64,000 bases of DNA, from the sequence record MZ475891.1, one strand, 5' to 3'. The position numbers were made by a program, and so were the translations under genes. This document shows positions 18,132 through 28,352 of this stretch, one piece after another; within the stretch, counting starts at the first letter, position 1; each line of letters opens with the position of its first letter. The notes under the pieces were generated by a model, which did no database searches, was not told where the DNA came from, and saw nothing but the letters and a program-made list of their open reading frames with translations.

Positions 18132-21100
18132 CTACTGGTATCTGACGGTCAGCACAGAACTGCCGAAAGCACGCGCATTGGTACGATAGATACAGACAAC
18201 ATCTGTCAGGTTATCGTAGACTCTGCGCCCAACAATCGGTCCTGTTTTACCATCTGATCCCGTTACTGGCCACTGAGCACCATCAAAGCCTAACCACGCA
18301 CGATTCACGTTACCCGTAGCATCAGCAGCAGCGCTGAACACAGGCGTACCGTAATCTTGGCGCACAACAAAGTAACCATATTCCTCTGTCTTAGTTGACA
18401 GTACGAACTGGCCACCTGTGTTAGAACGCAAGCGCGTAGGCAGTTGATCGAGTGCAATGCTTATCGTTGTCAAACCGAATGGCGCAACACCGAAACGAGG
18501 ATAGGATGAATACGCTGTCATGAAGTGGGTCTGCGTCAAACGCTGTTGCCCTTCAATGTACAGTGCTTTCACACCAAACTTGGTATCGTTGAGCAACGTA
18601 CCGATAACCAGCTTACCTGTCTGAGCGTTAATGCTGATACCTTGCACGTCTACAACGTCACCCTTCTCGTTTGTTATTTGCCACAAACATTTGGCGCTAA
18701 CATCTTCCTTGTCAAACGTACCAGTACGACCGAGCAATGCGCTGATCTGCATCGCGCTATCATCGCGCACGTTAGTGTAACCACCCACAGATAAATCTTG
18801 AGGGAAGCCAACGCCTGGACAAACGATTGTCTGTGTCAGGCTTATCGTGGTGCGCTGTTCCGTAATGATACATTCCACTTGAACAGTCTGCGGGTCCTTC
18901 GAAGCAGCAAAACTAAACGTACCGTCTTGTGCTAAGGTGAATCCAGTAGAAGACTTAACAACGTTCCATTGGAAGGACACAGAGTTAGCATCAGGCAGAA
19001 CAGACGAGCCTGTCGCACCAGAACGGCGTTCATAGTATGCGATAAACTTGTAATCTTTGTTTGGCTCAATGTTTGAAGCAGGGTTCTCGATGGCACCACT
19101 AAGGATAGTGTTCAACGTTTGCAGATTAACAGTACGACTGCTGGTAATCGTTTCATCCACCAGCGAATACGGGTTCTGCTTGGTGAACGTGGCGTTGATT
19201 GTAATCAGACCATCAGACAACTGAGACTGACCGATATACAAATGACCGTTAAGCTGATCAATCGATACGCCATCAACGTTGGTGCTTTCCCCAATAGACC
19301 ACAGTGCGTCTGTTGTTGTCAGTTCATCATCGGGGTCGATAATGATACGCAGCGAGAACGGAACGAACCAGCGACCATTCTCGTACCCAACATCAGGGTT
19401 ACGATCAGACACATCCCACACAATATCAGGACCAACGATACCCATCTGACGCAGATACGTGTTAGCCTGTACGAGGAATACAGTCAGCGTCTTTTCAATC
19501 TGATATTGGTCACAGGTATAACGCGCACGCAACGTCACAGCACCATTAACGTTCTGGTTAGGTGTGATGTTACCTTCATCGTCAATCACTGCGATTATAT
19601 CGTCGGTCGGCACAAGCACTGTCGTATTGTTCGGACCTGCCTGTGTGTAATACTGACCGATGATAGCCCACTCGGCATACTGCTCAAGTTCGAACGTGGT
19701 AGGCTTCTCTTCCAGATATGAACCATCAATCGTTCGCGCTACGCCTCCTGTTTGATACGTGAGTACAAGCGCATAAGACTCGGACAGCACGCCAGCAGAA
19801 ATCTGAGTAGCACCTTCAATGCGACTGTTGATCACATTGTTGATACTCTCTTTAGGCTTAGGCGAAACGATTAGATCAATCTTGTTGCTCACACGGAAGA
19901 ACGAAGCAATCACCTGAGTGTACGTCGGATAGAGACACTTACCCGCTTGCAGTATCGCACCATCGTAGAACGTATTCTCCAAATCAGTCAGACTCGCAAT
20001 GGAGTTGAACATAGGCAGCTTGGAGACTTTCATCGCACGGAAGTCTTTGTACGACGCAGGCGTTGAGCCTTCTACGATTTCAACAACAGCCATACCACTA
20101 TAACGACCAGGCGAGAACTGTAGGACTTTGTAATCGTCTGTGTCTTTATCTGGCCAGTTGCCCGACCACTGTGCGGCAGTAACGTATTCCTGAGTGCCAT
20201 CTGCATAGGTCGCGAGCAAACGCACAAAGGTACGCGTGTTCGAATACAGGGTGTCAGGACATTCGATAGTGATTGAATCCACCAGCGCACGTAATGGAAT
20301 AAGCTGAATGTCTCGGTAGTTGACTAACTCAGTGCCTTCGTATTCATAGTGCATAGTAATACGTGCAGCACCATGCAAGTCACCTTGGAAGTAAAGCGAG
20401 TATTCATCCGACTGACGTTCCATAATCGGGTCATACACACTGTTGGACGAGGCAGATACGTTCAGCGTTACCCAGCGAGCATAATCAGGATTATCGGGGT
20501 CATACTGCGTTGGGTCCTGACCTTGTTCGACAGCTTCCTGTTGCAGCTTGATGGTACGCTCACGCGCTTCTTCCTTGGCGCTCGCACTTGGCACATACTC
20601 AACGCTAACCGATGCAGCGGCCGCATACACTTGACCGTCGTTCCACAAACATACAGTAGGCAGCATCAACGTGTTACCGTTACCGATAGACGATGAGCTA
20701 CGAAGATCCACCTGTTTAGGAATCATGATAGTGTCATTGATCAAGAACAGGTTCTGGTATGTCTGTGTTGTGCCTTCTGTGTAAGCAAAGCACAAAGCAT
20801 AACGCACAGCATCACCATCAACCAGAGGTGCAGTGAACTCACCACTCTTCGGGTCAACATACGTGAGGGCATGTGTATCGGTCGCTGTGTCAGCACGACT
20901 GAACCAGACGCCTTGAACCTCTGTGTAAGCTACCACGATCGAGGGGTCACGCGCAGCAATCTGCTCAGGCGTTGCAGCGGCAAGAACATACAGCGCCATA
21001 GCTTTAGGACGAATGATTGTGCGCTCGACGATGATGTCAGGGATAACGAGGTCAACAGTCGCAAGCGCAATCTCAGGTGCCTTCATCTTGATCTGACGCA

Positions 21101-22658
21101 CAGCCTGAATAGGAGTGACGTCACCAAACTCAGCATACAGCGAGGTCATGTAATCCTGACGCATCACCTTAGACTTGAGCGTGGACTCTACAATGTCAGT
21201 CCATTCAGAGGTAGAGCGGCATTGCGCAGAGGAGACCTTAGACGTACCATCGTTGTATGTAACGACATACTTGATAGCTTGGTCCTGCCCTTGAGCAATC
21301 TCGTCGTCAACGAGAATCTCCAGATTGACAGGCACAAGGTCTTTGACGCTGCGGTTGACAGCAAACTCTTTCGTCTGCGTCATATTAAACTGACCCTGGA
21401 AGTCTACCGTGATATCCAGAGTGGTATCAGCATCAACACTAGGCAGCACCAAAGTCGAACCGTTGAACGTACCCAGAGTAGAACTCAGTTTGACCATGCC
21501 GCTATCAGTCAGGTCCTTTGTCTGGCCCGTAGTTTTATACAGACCGTACACTTTGACCTTAGCGCTTGAGTTACCATACAGGCTAGACGTTTCGATTGTC
21601 AGCTCATCTGGGTCAGGCTCAACGCCGATAGGGTAGATGCGACTCTCCAGCACTTGGCTGGTGGTGTTATAGCGCAAGGTAAGGCTAATCGATGTGATAG
21701 CAAGAGGCTCATTGAAACGCACAGCATTACCATCACGCTCTGCAATCCACGAACTGTCTTCTACCCACACTTCGACTGTTTGTTCTGTGTTGTCGCTGTA
21801 GCTGATAACAGCACCGAACGTCATCCACTCACCACCACGAATAAACTCAGGCTGAATGAATGAGATAGCAGATTGCAAAGGACTACCTACAGTGAATCGG
21901 CGAATAGGCTCTACCACTGTATGTGCACCGATATAAATCTGCGCTGTCATGTTGATTGCAGCGTACACGCCTTCCAAAACTTCTTCGATAGGCGCCCACT
22001 GGTAGAACAGCTCGGAGATGCGACGATAGAACATTGCACTACGCGCCGTGTACTGCTCAACATCGTTGTTCACAGGGTCAAAGCCAATGTGGTTGTTGAA
22101 CCAGTCTTCGGCTTCTGTCTGCGTCAACCCTACTTGCTGTAGAGCATTCACAACATCGGTCTGCGCATCTTTTGTGATCGTCAGATCAAGGCCACCGTCA
22201 ATCAGATGCGCATCGACTTCCAGATTAACCTTGTTCGTCTTATACCACTGGCCACCATCTTGAATCAAAGCACCAAGAGGTGTAGGTAGGAATGTCTGAT
22301 AGTCCGCTGTGTACAGGCGGTTAGTATCAAACTGGCCACCCAGCAACAGACCAACAAACTTGTTCCACTGTGTTGTTCCACTGACTTGCTGCCAATCAGG
22401 CAGACAATCGATAACACGCTTTAACGTAGGCAGACGCGCACTCATCAGATCACGCGTCAAGTTGATGCCTAACTGGCGAATGGATGCAGCCGCCAGTTCA
22501 TCGTTAGAGTCAGCATTGATGCGACGAAGGTCTAACAGTTGCTGAATCGCTGCTAGGTTTTGTTCGTCGTTGTGGTCATCAAAGATTTGGAACAACTCAG
22601 CCCATGCTTCATTCGACTCAACAAAGTCGATGTTAAAGGCTATTGAGTTAGTCTTCAC
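18132..22658 (-). CDS. Large baseplate wedge protein with multiple Ig-like repeats
   Basis: 1508 aa; N-terminal region like P2 gpI/T4 gp7-type wedge subunits; repeated A.Y.DG....V.A.W Ig-like units; directly downstream of the J-like gene. Confidence 0.65.
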   Translation of the reverse strand: MKTNSIAFNIDFVESNEAWAELFQIFDDHNDEQNLAAIQQLLDLRRINADSNDELAAASIRQLGINLTRDLMSARLPTLKRVIDCLPDWQQVSGTTQWNKFVGLLLGGQFDTNRLYTADYQTFLPTPLGALIQDGGQWYKTNKVNLEVDAHLIDGGLDLTITKDAQTDVVNALQQVGLTQTEAEDWFNNHIGFDPVNNDVEQYTARSAMFYRRISELFYQWAPIEEVLEGVYAAINMTAQIYIGAHTVVEPIRRFTVGSPLQSAISFIQPEFIRGGEWMTFGAVISYSDNTEQTVEVWVEDSSWIAERDGNAVRFNEPLAITSISLTLRYNTTSQVLESRIYPIGVEPDPDELTIETSSLYGNSSAKVKVYGLYKTTGQTKDLTDSGMVKLSSTLGTFNGSTLVLPSVDADTTLDITVDFQGQFNMTQTKEFAVNRSVKDLVPVNLEILVDDEIAQGQDQAIKYVVTYNDGTSKVSSAQCRSTSEWTDIVESTLKSKVMRQDYMTSLYAEFGDVTPIQAVRQIKMKAPEIALATVDLVIPDIIVERTIIRPKAMALYVLAAATPEQIAARDPSIVVAYTEVQGVWFSRADTATDTHALTYVDPKSGEFTAPLVDGDAVRYALCFAYTEGTTQTYQNLFLINDTIMIPKQVDLRSSSSIGNGNTLMLPTVCLWNDGQVYAAAASVSVEYVPSASAKEEARERTIKLQQEAVEQGQDPTQYDPDNPDYARWVTLNVSASSNSVYDPIMERQSDEYSLYFQGDLHGAARITMHYEYEGTELVNYRDIQLIPLRALVDSITIECPDTLYSNTRTFVRLLATYADGTQEYVTAAQWSGNWPDKDTDDYKVLQFSPGRYSGMAVVEIVEGSTPASYKDFRAMKVSKLPMFNSIASLTDLENTFYDGAILQAGKCLYPTYTQVIASFFRVSNKIDLIVSPKPKESINNVINSRIEGATQISAGVLSESYALVLTYQTGGVARTIDGSYLEEKPTTFELEQYAEWAIIGQYYTQAGPNNTTVLVPTDDIIAVIDDEGNITPNQNVNGAVTLRARYTCDQYQIEKTLTVFLVQANTYLRQMGIVGPDIVWDVSDRNPDVGYENGRWFVPFSLRIIIDPDDELTTTDALWSIGESTNVDGVSIDQLNGHLYIGQSQLSDGLITINATFTKQNPYSLVDETITSSRTVNLQTLNTILSGAIENPASNIEPNKDYKFIAYYERRSGATGSSVLPDANSVSFQWNVVKSSTGFTLAQDGTFSFAASKDPQTVQVECIITEQRTTISLTQTIVCPGVGFPQDLSVGGYTNVRDDSAMQISALLGRTGTFDKEDVSAKCLWQITNEKGDVVDVQGISINAQTGKLVIGTLLNDTKFGVKALYIEGQQRLTQTHFMTAYSSYPRFGVAPFGLTTISIALDQLPTRLRSNTGGQFVLSTKTEEYGYFVVRQDYGTPVFSAAADATGNVNRAWLGFDGAQWPVTGSDGKTGPIVGRRVYDNLTDVVCIYRTNARAFGSSVLTVRYQ

Positions 22659-24118
22659 TGATTCATCTTCCTTTCGCTATAAAGGATATTGACTCGCAGG
22701 TTACGCAGAGCAACATACTCAAGCACGGTGTTAGGAATGATATCCTGAACAGGGCTTGGGATATTGCAGTAGTCCACTTCTGGACGACGCACTGGCTTGT
22801 CTGGGTCTGTCCAATCATACAGCACACGGTCAGTAATGTCAGACAGCGCAAGACGTTTACCCAACATGCCAGGGCGGCGCTCAAACAACTTGAGAACAGA
22901 CGCTTCCAGCACAGACTGATTAGACTCACGCGTACCAGGTGCATCAGCATAAAGCGACACGTCCAGCACACAGTCAATCTGCAACTTGTCTGGGTTCCAT
23001 GATTGAATATCGAGTGGGCTGCTGTATTGTGAAAGCCAGTTGAGGAACTTAGTCCACTGTGCCGACGAAGGGTTCGGGTTGATGCCGCCCCACGAGCTGG
23101 TGTTACGAGGCAGCACACAGATGCGTACAACGCCTTGCCACTCTTTGTCGTTAGGTGCTATCTCTGCTTGCCCCTGAACAACAACGTCAGCAACGTCTGG
23201 ATAGAGCGCACACGCCGCCTTCCATTCATCACGACGAATCAGTTTCTTGCGGCTACGACCAACAATCGGGCTGTAGTTGCGATAATACTCAGGAGGAGTT
23301 TCATCAGAACCACCAAGCGCGGCAGTAGTAGTCTTGCCTTGAAGCTGAGGGTTATCTAAGCACTGCACTTTCAGGCCCATGCTGTCAGTATTACCAGCAG
23401 CGCCTACCGCCTTGATGCCCTGAACTTTCATTGTATAGCCAGCTGGTGGTTTGATTCCCCACTGCTCACCACCGAACTGAATCTCAACGTCACCGTTATC
23501 TGTCGTCACATCGAGGAAGATCTGTTGTCCAGCATACGCTTCAAACAAACACTTCTCATAGCGCTGATACTCAGTCTTGGTACCAGTAGGATGTTCGAAC
23601 CAGACACGCAGGTCAGACGTAAGCTCGAAGTTCTCGGTGCCTAGCGCGACAGTCATGTAATCATACGGGTTAGTGATCACTTGGCTGAACGTGAACATGC
23701 TACCGATAATCAAATCAACTGTCTTGACTTCGCCTGGTGCCCATTGAGTTACTTCGGACAGGAGAGCATTACTATCGCCTACAGTGAATGCCGTGTACTT
23801 GTCATAACTGACTTTCACAGCACTCAGGTTAGCGATGGTGGCACTAACAGTAGACGTTGACTTGCGTCCAATGTCCACACCAAGATAACGGGCGTTAGCG
23901 AGGAGGCTTGTGTTACGACGAGCAAGACGGCTGAACGCTTCACGCGCTGCAATCAGTGTAGCCCACGAGTTAGATACACCGATATCGCCAAGAGCATCGG
24001 CAAGGAGTGCAGTCAATGAACTGACTTGACTATCAGTCCAGTAAGAAGATTCGTTGATACGCTTGAGGAAGTCTTGTGCAAACTCCTCGTGCGTAGTGTA
24101 CGTGTTAAGCATGGACAT
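22655..24118 (-). CDS. Baseplate J/T4 gp6-like wedge protein
   Basis: VEIQFGGEQWGIKPP, ALGGSDETPPEYYR...IRRDEW, YPDVADVVV motifs; context. Confidence 0.8.
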   Translation of the reverse strand: MSMLNTYTTHEEFAQDFLKRINESSYWTDSQVSSLTALLADALGDIGVSNSWATLIAAREAFSRLARRNTSLLANARYLGVDIGRKSTSTVSATIANLSAVKVSYDKYTAFTVGDSNALLSEVTQWAPGEVKTVDLIIGSMFTFSQVITNPYDYMTVALGTENFELTSDLRVWFEHPTGTKTEYQRYEKCLFEAYAGQQIFLDVTTDNGDVEIQFGGEQWGIKPPAGYTMKVQGIKAVGAAGNTDSMGLKVQCLDNPQLQGKTTTAALGGSDETPPEYYRNYSPIVGRSRKKLIRRDEWKAACALYPDVADVVVQGQAEIAPNDKEWQGVVRICVLPRNTSSWGGINPNPSSAQWTKFLNWLSQYSSPLDIQSWNPDKLQIDCVLDVSLYADAPGTRESNQSVLEASVLKLFERRPGMLGKRLALSDITDRVLYDWTDPDKPVRRPEVDYCNIPSPVQDIIPNTVLEYVALRNLRVNILYSERKMNQ

Positions 24119-24537
24119 TATTGGGCCCTCATGGCAAACGTAACTGACTGCGTGTTTTCCAGTTTAGGACAACGCCAGTTGATGGTACACACATAGGTCT
24201 GATCGTACTGAGCGCTCATACCACACGTTGTCCTTACATCGGTAACGTCATCAGTCAACCCGTTCGCTGGGTCTTCCAGTGCGATACGCATGTAGGTTGC
24301 AATCCACTGCGCGGTCTTATCATCAAACGGTTCGAACAGGTATTGATAGACGTCAGCACCAAACGCTTCACGCCATTTACGTGAACGCTTTCTCGTACCA
24401 ACAACCATCAGAATCTTTTGGACGATGCTGTCCATGTTCTGAACGTTATCGCGAGGCTCAAGATGAATCCACACGTTAACGTCACAGTAAACACGCTCGG
24501 AGACAGGCACGTCAATCAAACGAATAGCGATAGCCAT
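24118..24537 (-). CDS. Baseplate wedge gp25/GpW-like protein
   Basis: GTRKRSRKWREAFGADVYQYLFEP matches the gp25 family T..GER...P.FG..L...LFEP pattern. Confidence 0.8.
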   Translation of the reverse strand: MAIAIRLIDVPVSERVYCDVNVWIHLEPRDNVQNMDSIVQKILMVVGTRKRSRKWREAFGADVYQYLFEPFDDKTAQWIATYMRIALEDPANGLTDDVTDVRTTCGMSAQYDQTYVCTINWRCPKLENTQSVTFAMRAQ

Positions 24538-24827
24538 TAGCCAAATCTCACGTTGTTGCTGCCATTGGATGCGGTGTCATTGCACGTATTAGGATCACCG
24601 TTGCGTTGAGCAGGCTTACCGTTAACACGCACAGTCGAACTGGAAATAGCGTAGCCCACATGCGGTGGTTTCTTAGGTGCTGAGTGTGGCTGATACGCAT
24701 CACCCTGACGCACGCTTCCCTTACCGTTGATCATGACATTGGCTGAGGCTTGTACTGCGACAACAGGATAAAACCCGTTGTGTCCTGTGGACTGGTCTGC
24801 GCCTAACCGAATTGCTTTCTGGCCCAT
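24537..24827 (-). CDS. PAAR-repeat spike-tip protein (T4 gp5.4-like)
   Basis: AIRLGAD..TGH, V.INGK..VR.GD...H, VRVNGKPAQRNGD...C; His/His/His/Cys metal ligands. Confidence 0.9.
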   Translation of the reverse strand: MGQKAIRLGADQSTGHNGFYPVVAVQASANVMINGKGSVRQGDAYQPHSAPKKPPHVGYAISSSTVRVNGKPAQRNGDPNTCNDTASNGSNNVRFG

Positions 24828-24850
24828 TGTTATTCTCCTCTGTTAGGCAC

Positions 24851-24858
24851 AAATTAGC
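24851..24858 (-). promoter_or_regulatory. Candidate late-promoter motif GCTAATTT
   Basis: Exact motif 23 nt upstream of the PAAR start, just after a terminator. Confidence 0.55.
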
Positions 24859-24876
24859 TTTATACGTGACAGAAAC

Positions 24877-24903
24877 AAAAACGGGCAGCCTAATGGCCAC
24901 CCG
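24877..24903 (-). terminator. Rho-independent terminator
   Basis: CGGGTGGCC-ATTA-GGCTGCCCG-TTTTT on the minus strand. Confidence 0.75.
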
Positions 24904-24926
24904 GTTCTTGCGCTTGGATTTTGTCG

Positions 24927-25088
24927 CTATTCCCACATCCCTCGAACGTGTGCCACTGTGCCCTCAAGCACGTAGCCGGAATGAATAGAGGAAGGATAGA
25001 CTGCCTGAGGTCCTTCCTGTAACGATAACAACCGACCAAGCATTGCGATTGCTATCAGCGACAATATGAGCAGTATAATCGTCATCAT
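24927..25088 (-). CDS. 53-aa small membrane protein (absent from the supplied ORF track)
   Basis: Manual translation MMTIILLILSLIAIAMLGRLLSLQEGPQAVYPSSIHSGYVLEGTVAHVRGMWE*; followed by a terminator; weak RBS (AAGAG). Confidence 0.5.
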   Translation of the reverse strand: MMTIILLILSLIAIAMLGRLLSLQEGPQAVYPSSIHSGYVLEGTVAHVRGMWE

Positions 25089-25094
25089 ATCGTC

Positions 25095-26075
25095 GTTACT
25101 CTTCTTTTGGCCGAACGGTATTGCATGGTTTGATCAGATTACTCCGCTGCCTATCGTCCACGATCACTTAGGTTTCAGTTTCTTCATCTCTTTACCGCCT
25201 GCGCTGCGGTCAAGCCGCACACCCTGCACACGAGTCTAACACAAAGGGGCGGAAGAACCTTTATGCTCGAAACATGCACCTGGCGAAGGAGGCCACGCAT
25301 CGGTGATCTGCTGGTGTTAACACACTTTTAAGGCCTTTCTTTTGTGCACCATTCAAGAGACAGGGCCACCAGCTAGTGATCTCTTTAAGGTATTGCACTG
25401 ACTTGTGAACAAGTCACGGGTTGAAAACTATACACTTCCATATGCGCATCGGGAGAAACGCATAAGGCTGATGCACAGCTTTGACTAAGAAGGATTGCGC
25501 CCGTCGCCCGACTTCACTTGGGTATCGACAATCGTTCTCTCTTACTCCCTTGAGCACAGCGCAAGGAACACTGAGTCAATGAGTAGTCTGCGGGTGTTTC
25601 TCACTAGAGGGTGAAAGCCTCTTAGATTCATTATTCTGCACAGCGCCTTAGTGGACTTGAATCGCCCGCTGGAGCATCCAATAAGGCCCTCTCGGTTAGG
25701 CACCTTGCTGCACAGAAAACCCGGGGAGTACGTTACCATATAAAACGACTCTCCCCAATGCATACCAGAGCGACTTGATATGCATCAGGCAGTGAACGTT
25801 TGCAGAAGTTCAACTGCTTTGCTTCCCGCCGAACTAGAGCCACACCGTTGAGTCTACGGTCCACAGTAGTTACATGCCTAGAGGATATTGCCTTGGAGTT
25901 TATGTCCTATGGAATAACCGGGCTCGTCGCGTCGGTGCCACAGCAATATTCTATCATGTGGTGCTGGGGTTGTTCCCCACATTATGCGATTGCTCGCAAC
26001 CAGCTGGAGGTCTGCGTCCGATGAAAAGAATAACTAAGACGCAGATGAGCTTTTCAGAAAAAACGGCACACCAAG
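25095..26075. ncRNA. Candidate large structured non-coding RNA (G-U pairs favour the + strand)
   Basis: ~1 kb with no credible long ORF in an otherwise gap-free genome; more than 12 back-to-back hairpins between 25399 and 26045. Boundaries approximate. Confidence 0.5.
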
Positions 26076-26145
26076 AAAATTGGCTAAACTCAGTGTGCGT
26101 ATAGATATTACTATCTACAATTTTTATTTACAGATTTTTCTGAGA

Positions 26146-27909
26146 TTAGAATGCCTTACGTTCAACATTCGAATAATACGTTTCGTACGGCTCAGAATAC
26201 AACTCAGGACCGCGCTGCGCACGCACAGTAACATAGCCTGTGTGGCGATTCACTGCGGTGATTTCGATAGTAGGCTGTTTAGGCTTAATCGTGCCGTAGA
26301 TAGGCGCGTTCATCGTTGGTGGGTCTGTCTGAATCTTGTTTACAGATTGCAGTGCAGCACCAGACAGCGTAGGGAACTTAAAGCGCAATTCAGCACGCGT
26401 GCGGCCTGTAGCGATCTTGATACTACCAGCAGGCAGTTCAACGCCGCTCTGTTTCAGGTAAGCAGCGATGCGACGACCAATACCCGCCAATTGGTTCTTA
26501 GCGACAGGGTCCATCAGACCATCGAAGCTAATAGCAGCCGGAGGTTGATTCACTGACAGATGCATACCAGTGTTGAAGTAGCCTTCTGCGAGGAAGCGAT
26601 ACAACTGACGAACAATCTCAGGAGTGTTCTGTGCAATCACAGGCGTCAACAACTCAGGTGGGTTGGTCTTCATTGGGTCGCGGTATTCAACCTGACCCTG
26701 CGAGTAACCCATGCTGATATGCTTAACACGAGGATAAGCAGACTGCAATGAACCAGTAGAGCGAATCAGGATAGAGCCAGACTTCGCTTGATCATACAGT
26801 TCATCGCTGGTGGTTGTTGAGAACAGGAAGTAGTCGGTAGGCACAGCCATACGACCGATAGCTTCGATTGCTTTCGTCTGCACTTCTTTGATCGTCGAGC
26901 CGAACACTACACGACTGCGATTAGGCTGAGCAGTAGACACAGCAAAGAATGCACCGTACACTACCTTCTGGTCTTTGACGATAGGCGAAGCAGACTTAAC
27001 CTTTTGACCGCCAGGCAGAGGAGGTAGCTTAACGCCCACCAGCTTGCCTTTAGTGATTGCTTTGTTCGCAACAACAGGCTTCAAGGAAGACAGCAGCTTG
27101 TTCAACTCAGACCCGTCAAGAATCTTCTCCAGCGGAACAACGAGGTTCTGCGGCAGATAGTGTTTCTTGCGCAACGTATAGATAACGGTGTCTTTCTTGA
27201 TCTGTAACGGAGTAGCCATGTTACGACCAGCTTGACCAACAGGCTGGAACGTATTCGCTTTATCCTGCCCAACAGAGCCGAACTCTTTGTCAAACACAGA
27301 CTGACCGATGATGTTCGCTGCACGCAGATGACCACGCACGTTGAACACAATCTTAGGTTCATCTTTCATGCGCAACTCATAGCGGTCACGCGTCAGATAG
27401 ACCATGCTGAACTTGTCGCCTTTCTCCAGCTCAAGGTCATACTCGTCGTTAGCGTCATCGATAACAACTTTCTTACCCTGATAGGTAGCGTACACGCGAG
27501 CGGCAGCAGACTCCGAAGCAATCTTCAACGCTACGCCACAGTTAGACAGCGCGGTAGCATAGTTGGTTGCGTGGAACAGCGCGTCATTCGATTCCGTGAT
27601 AGCGACTTCTTTACCGCGTACACCCAGCGCAAGGTGGATAGCGCTAGAGCTGGACATGAACACAGTGTGACCTGTATCTTCATGCTTACCAGCAAAGGAC
27701 ATACCACTAACACGCGACACAGACAGCGCATTCAGGTGCGGAGTAGTGAACGTATCACCCGCAGCAAAGTCAAAGATTTCACCTTGACGCCACGCGTAAC
27801 CGATGTTGTTTGAACTCAAGCCAACAAACGCATCACCCACCTGTCGAATCGTAGTAGGGATAATGCTGAGATCGCGAACGATCTGATTTTGTTTCTGAAT
27901 GATGGTCAT
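26146..27909 (-). CDS. Putative internal virion protein with the shared ~60-aa domain
   Basis: 587 aa; IASESAAA followed by YATYQG...LEKGDKFSM...RYEL...PKIVFNV, similar to segments of 40618..41295, 49232..50362, 56465..58411. Confidence 0.65.
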   Translation of the reverse strand: MTIIQKQNQIVRDLSIIPTTIRQVGDAFVGLSSNNIGYAWRQGEIFDFAAGDTFTTPHLNALSVSRVSGMSFAGKHEDTGHTVFMSSSSAIHLALGVRGKEVAITESNDALFHATNYATALSNCGVALKIASESAAARVYATYQGKKVVIDDANDEYDLELEKGDKFSMVYLTRDRYELRMKDEPKIVFNVRGHLRAANIIGQSVFDKEFGSVGQDKANTFQPVGQAGRNMATPLQIKKDTVIYTLRKKHYLPQNLVVPLEKILDGSELNKLLSSLKPVVANKAITKGKLVGVKLPPLPGGQKVKSASPIVKDQKVVYGAFFAVSTAQPNRSRVVFGSTIKEVQTKAIEAIGRMAVPTDYFLFSTTTSDELYDQAKSGSILIRSTGSLQSAYPRVKHISMGYSQGQVEYRDPMKTNPPELLTPVIAQNTPEIVRQLYRFLAEGYFNTGMHLSVNQPPAAISFDGLMDPVAKNQLAGIGRRIAAYLKQSGVELPAGSIKIATGRTRAELRFKFPTLSGAALQSVNKIQTDPPTMNAPIYGTIKPKQPTIEITAVNRHTGYVTVRAQRGPELYSEPYETYYSNVERKAF

Positions 27910-27917
27910 ATTGATCC

Positions 27918-28352
27918 CTAATACGAAACAAGGCGGAAGGCATTCTTCTTGAGAAGATTCAAATTGCCTAACATGAGACTGTAGGCCATTGTGCCGTGCT
28001 CTTTAATAAGCTCGTCAGGCACAAGTGAACCGAAATAAATTGAGCGGTCTGGACGTGAGTTAATCTCTACGCCACTGGACTTCATTGCATTCGGTACGAT
28101 GAAGCACCAAGGCTCTGCAACGTACTTACCTTTCACATACTGAACTCTATAGCCAACGGCAACGCGCTGGCCTTTCGGCGGGCTGTATGAAAAGACATCC
28201 GTCTGCAATTCGAGGGCTTTCGATACGGAGAAAAGCGCCATAGTCAGAAAGCGTTGCTCGAATTGTGGAATGAATGCGTTGTCTTCGCATATCTTTTTCA
28301 GTACAGCCTCTTGCCGTGCTCGTGGGAACGAAGCGAAGAGGCTCAGGTTCAT
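27918..28352 (-). CDS. Hypothetical protein
   Basis: 144-aa ORF, 4-nt overlap with tmk. Confidence 0.65.
   Translation of the reverse strand: MNLSLFASFPRARQEAVLKKICEDNAFIPQFEQRFLTMALFSVSKALELQTDVFSYSPPKGQRVAVGYRVQYVKGKYVAEPWCFIVPNAMKSSGVEINSRPDRSIYFGSLVPDELIKEHGTMAYSLMLGNLNLLKKNAFRLVSY

Noticed and set aside
8190-22658. Diversity-generating retroelement targeting fibre tips
   Set aside because: No reverse transcriptase and no template/variable repeat pair with adenine-specific differences noticed; a self-alignment would be needed to exclude it fully.
26011-26045. Hammerhead-like CCGATGA...AAAAG inside a hairpin
   Set aside because: The core should be CUGAnGA with a separate GAAA and three stems; here it is CCGAUGA within a single loop.
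25095-26075. Group I/II intron, tmRNA, RNase P RNA or tRNA cluster as the identity of the structured region
   Set aside because: I could not find a group II domain V, group I P7 core, tmRNA/tRNA acceptor and T-arm, or RNase P conserved blocks on either strand by eye; the flanking ORFs are not interrupted. A covariance-model search is still needed.
25542-26104. Short track ORFs 25542..25763, 25800..26024, 25874..26104
   Set aside because: No convincing RBS, mutually overlapping, Cys/Arg/Ser-rich composition unlike the real genes.
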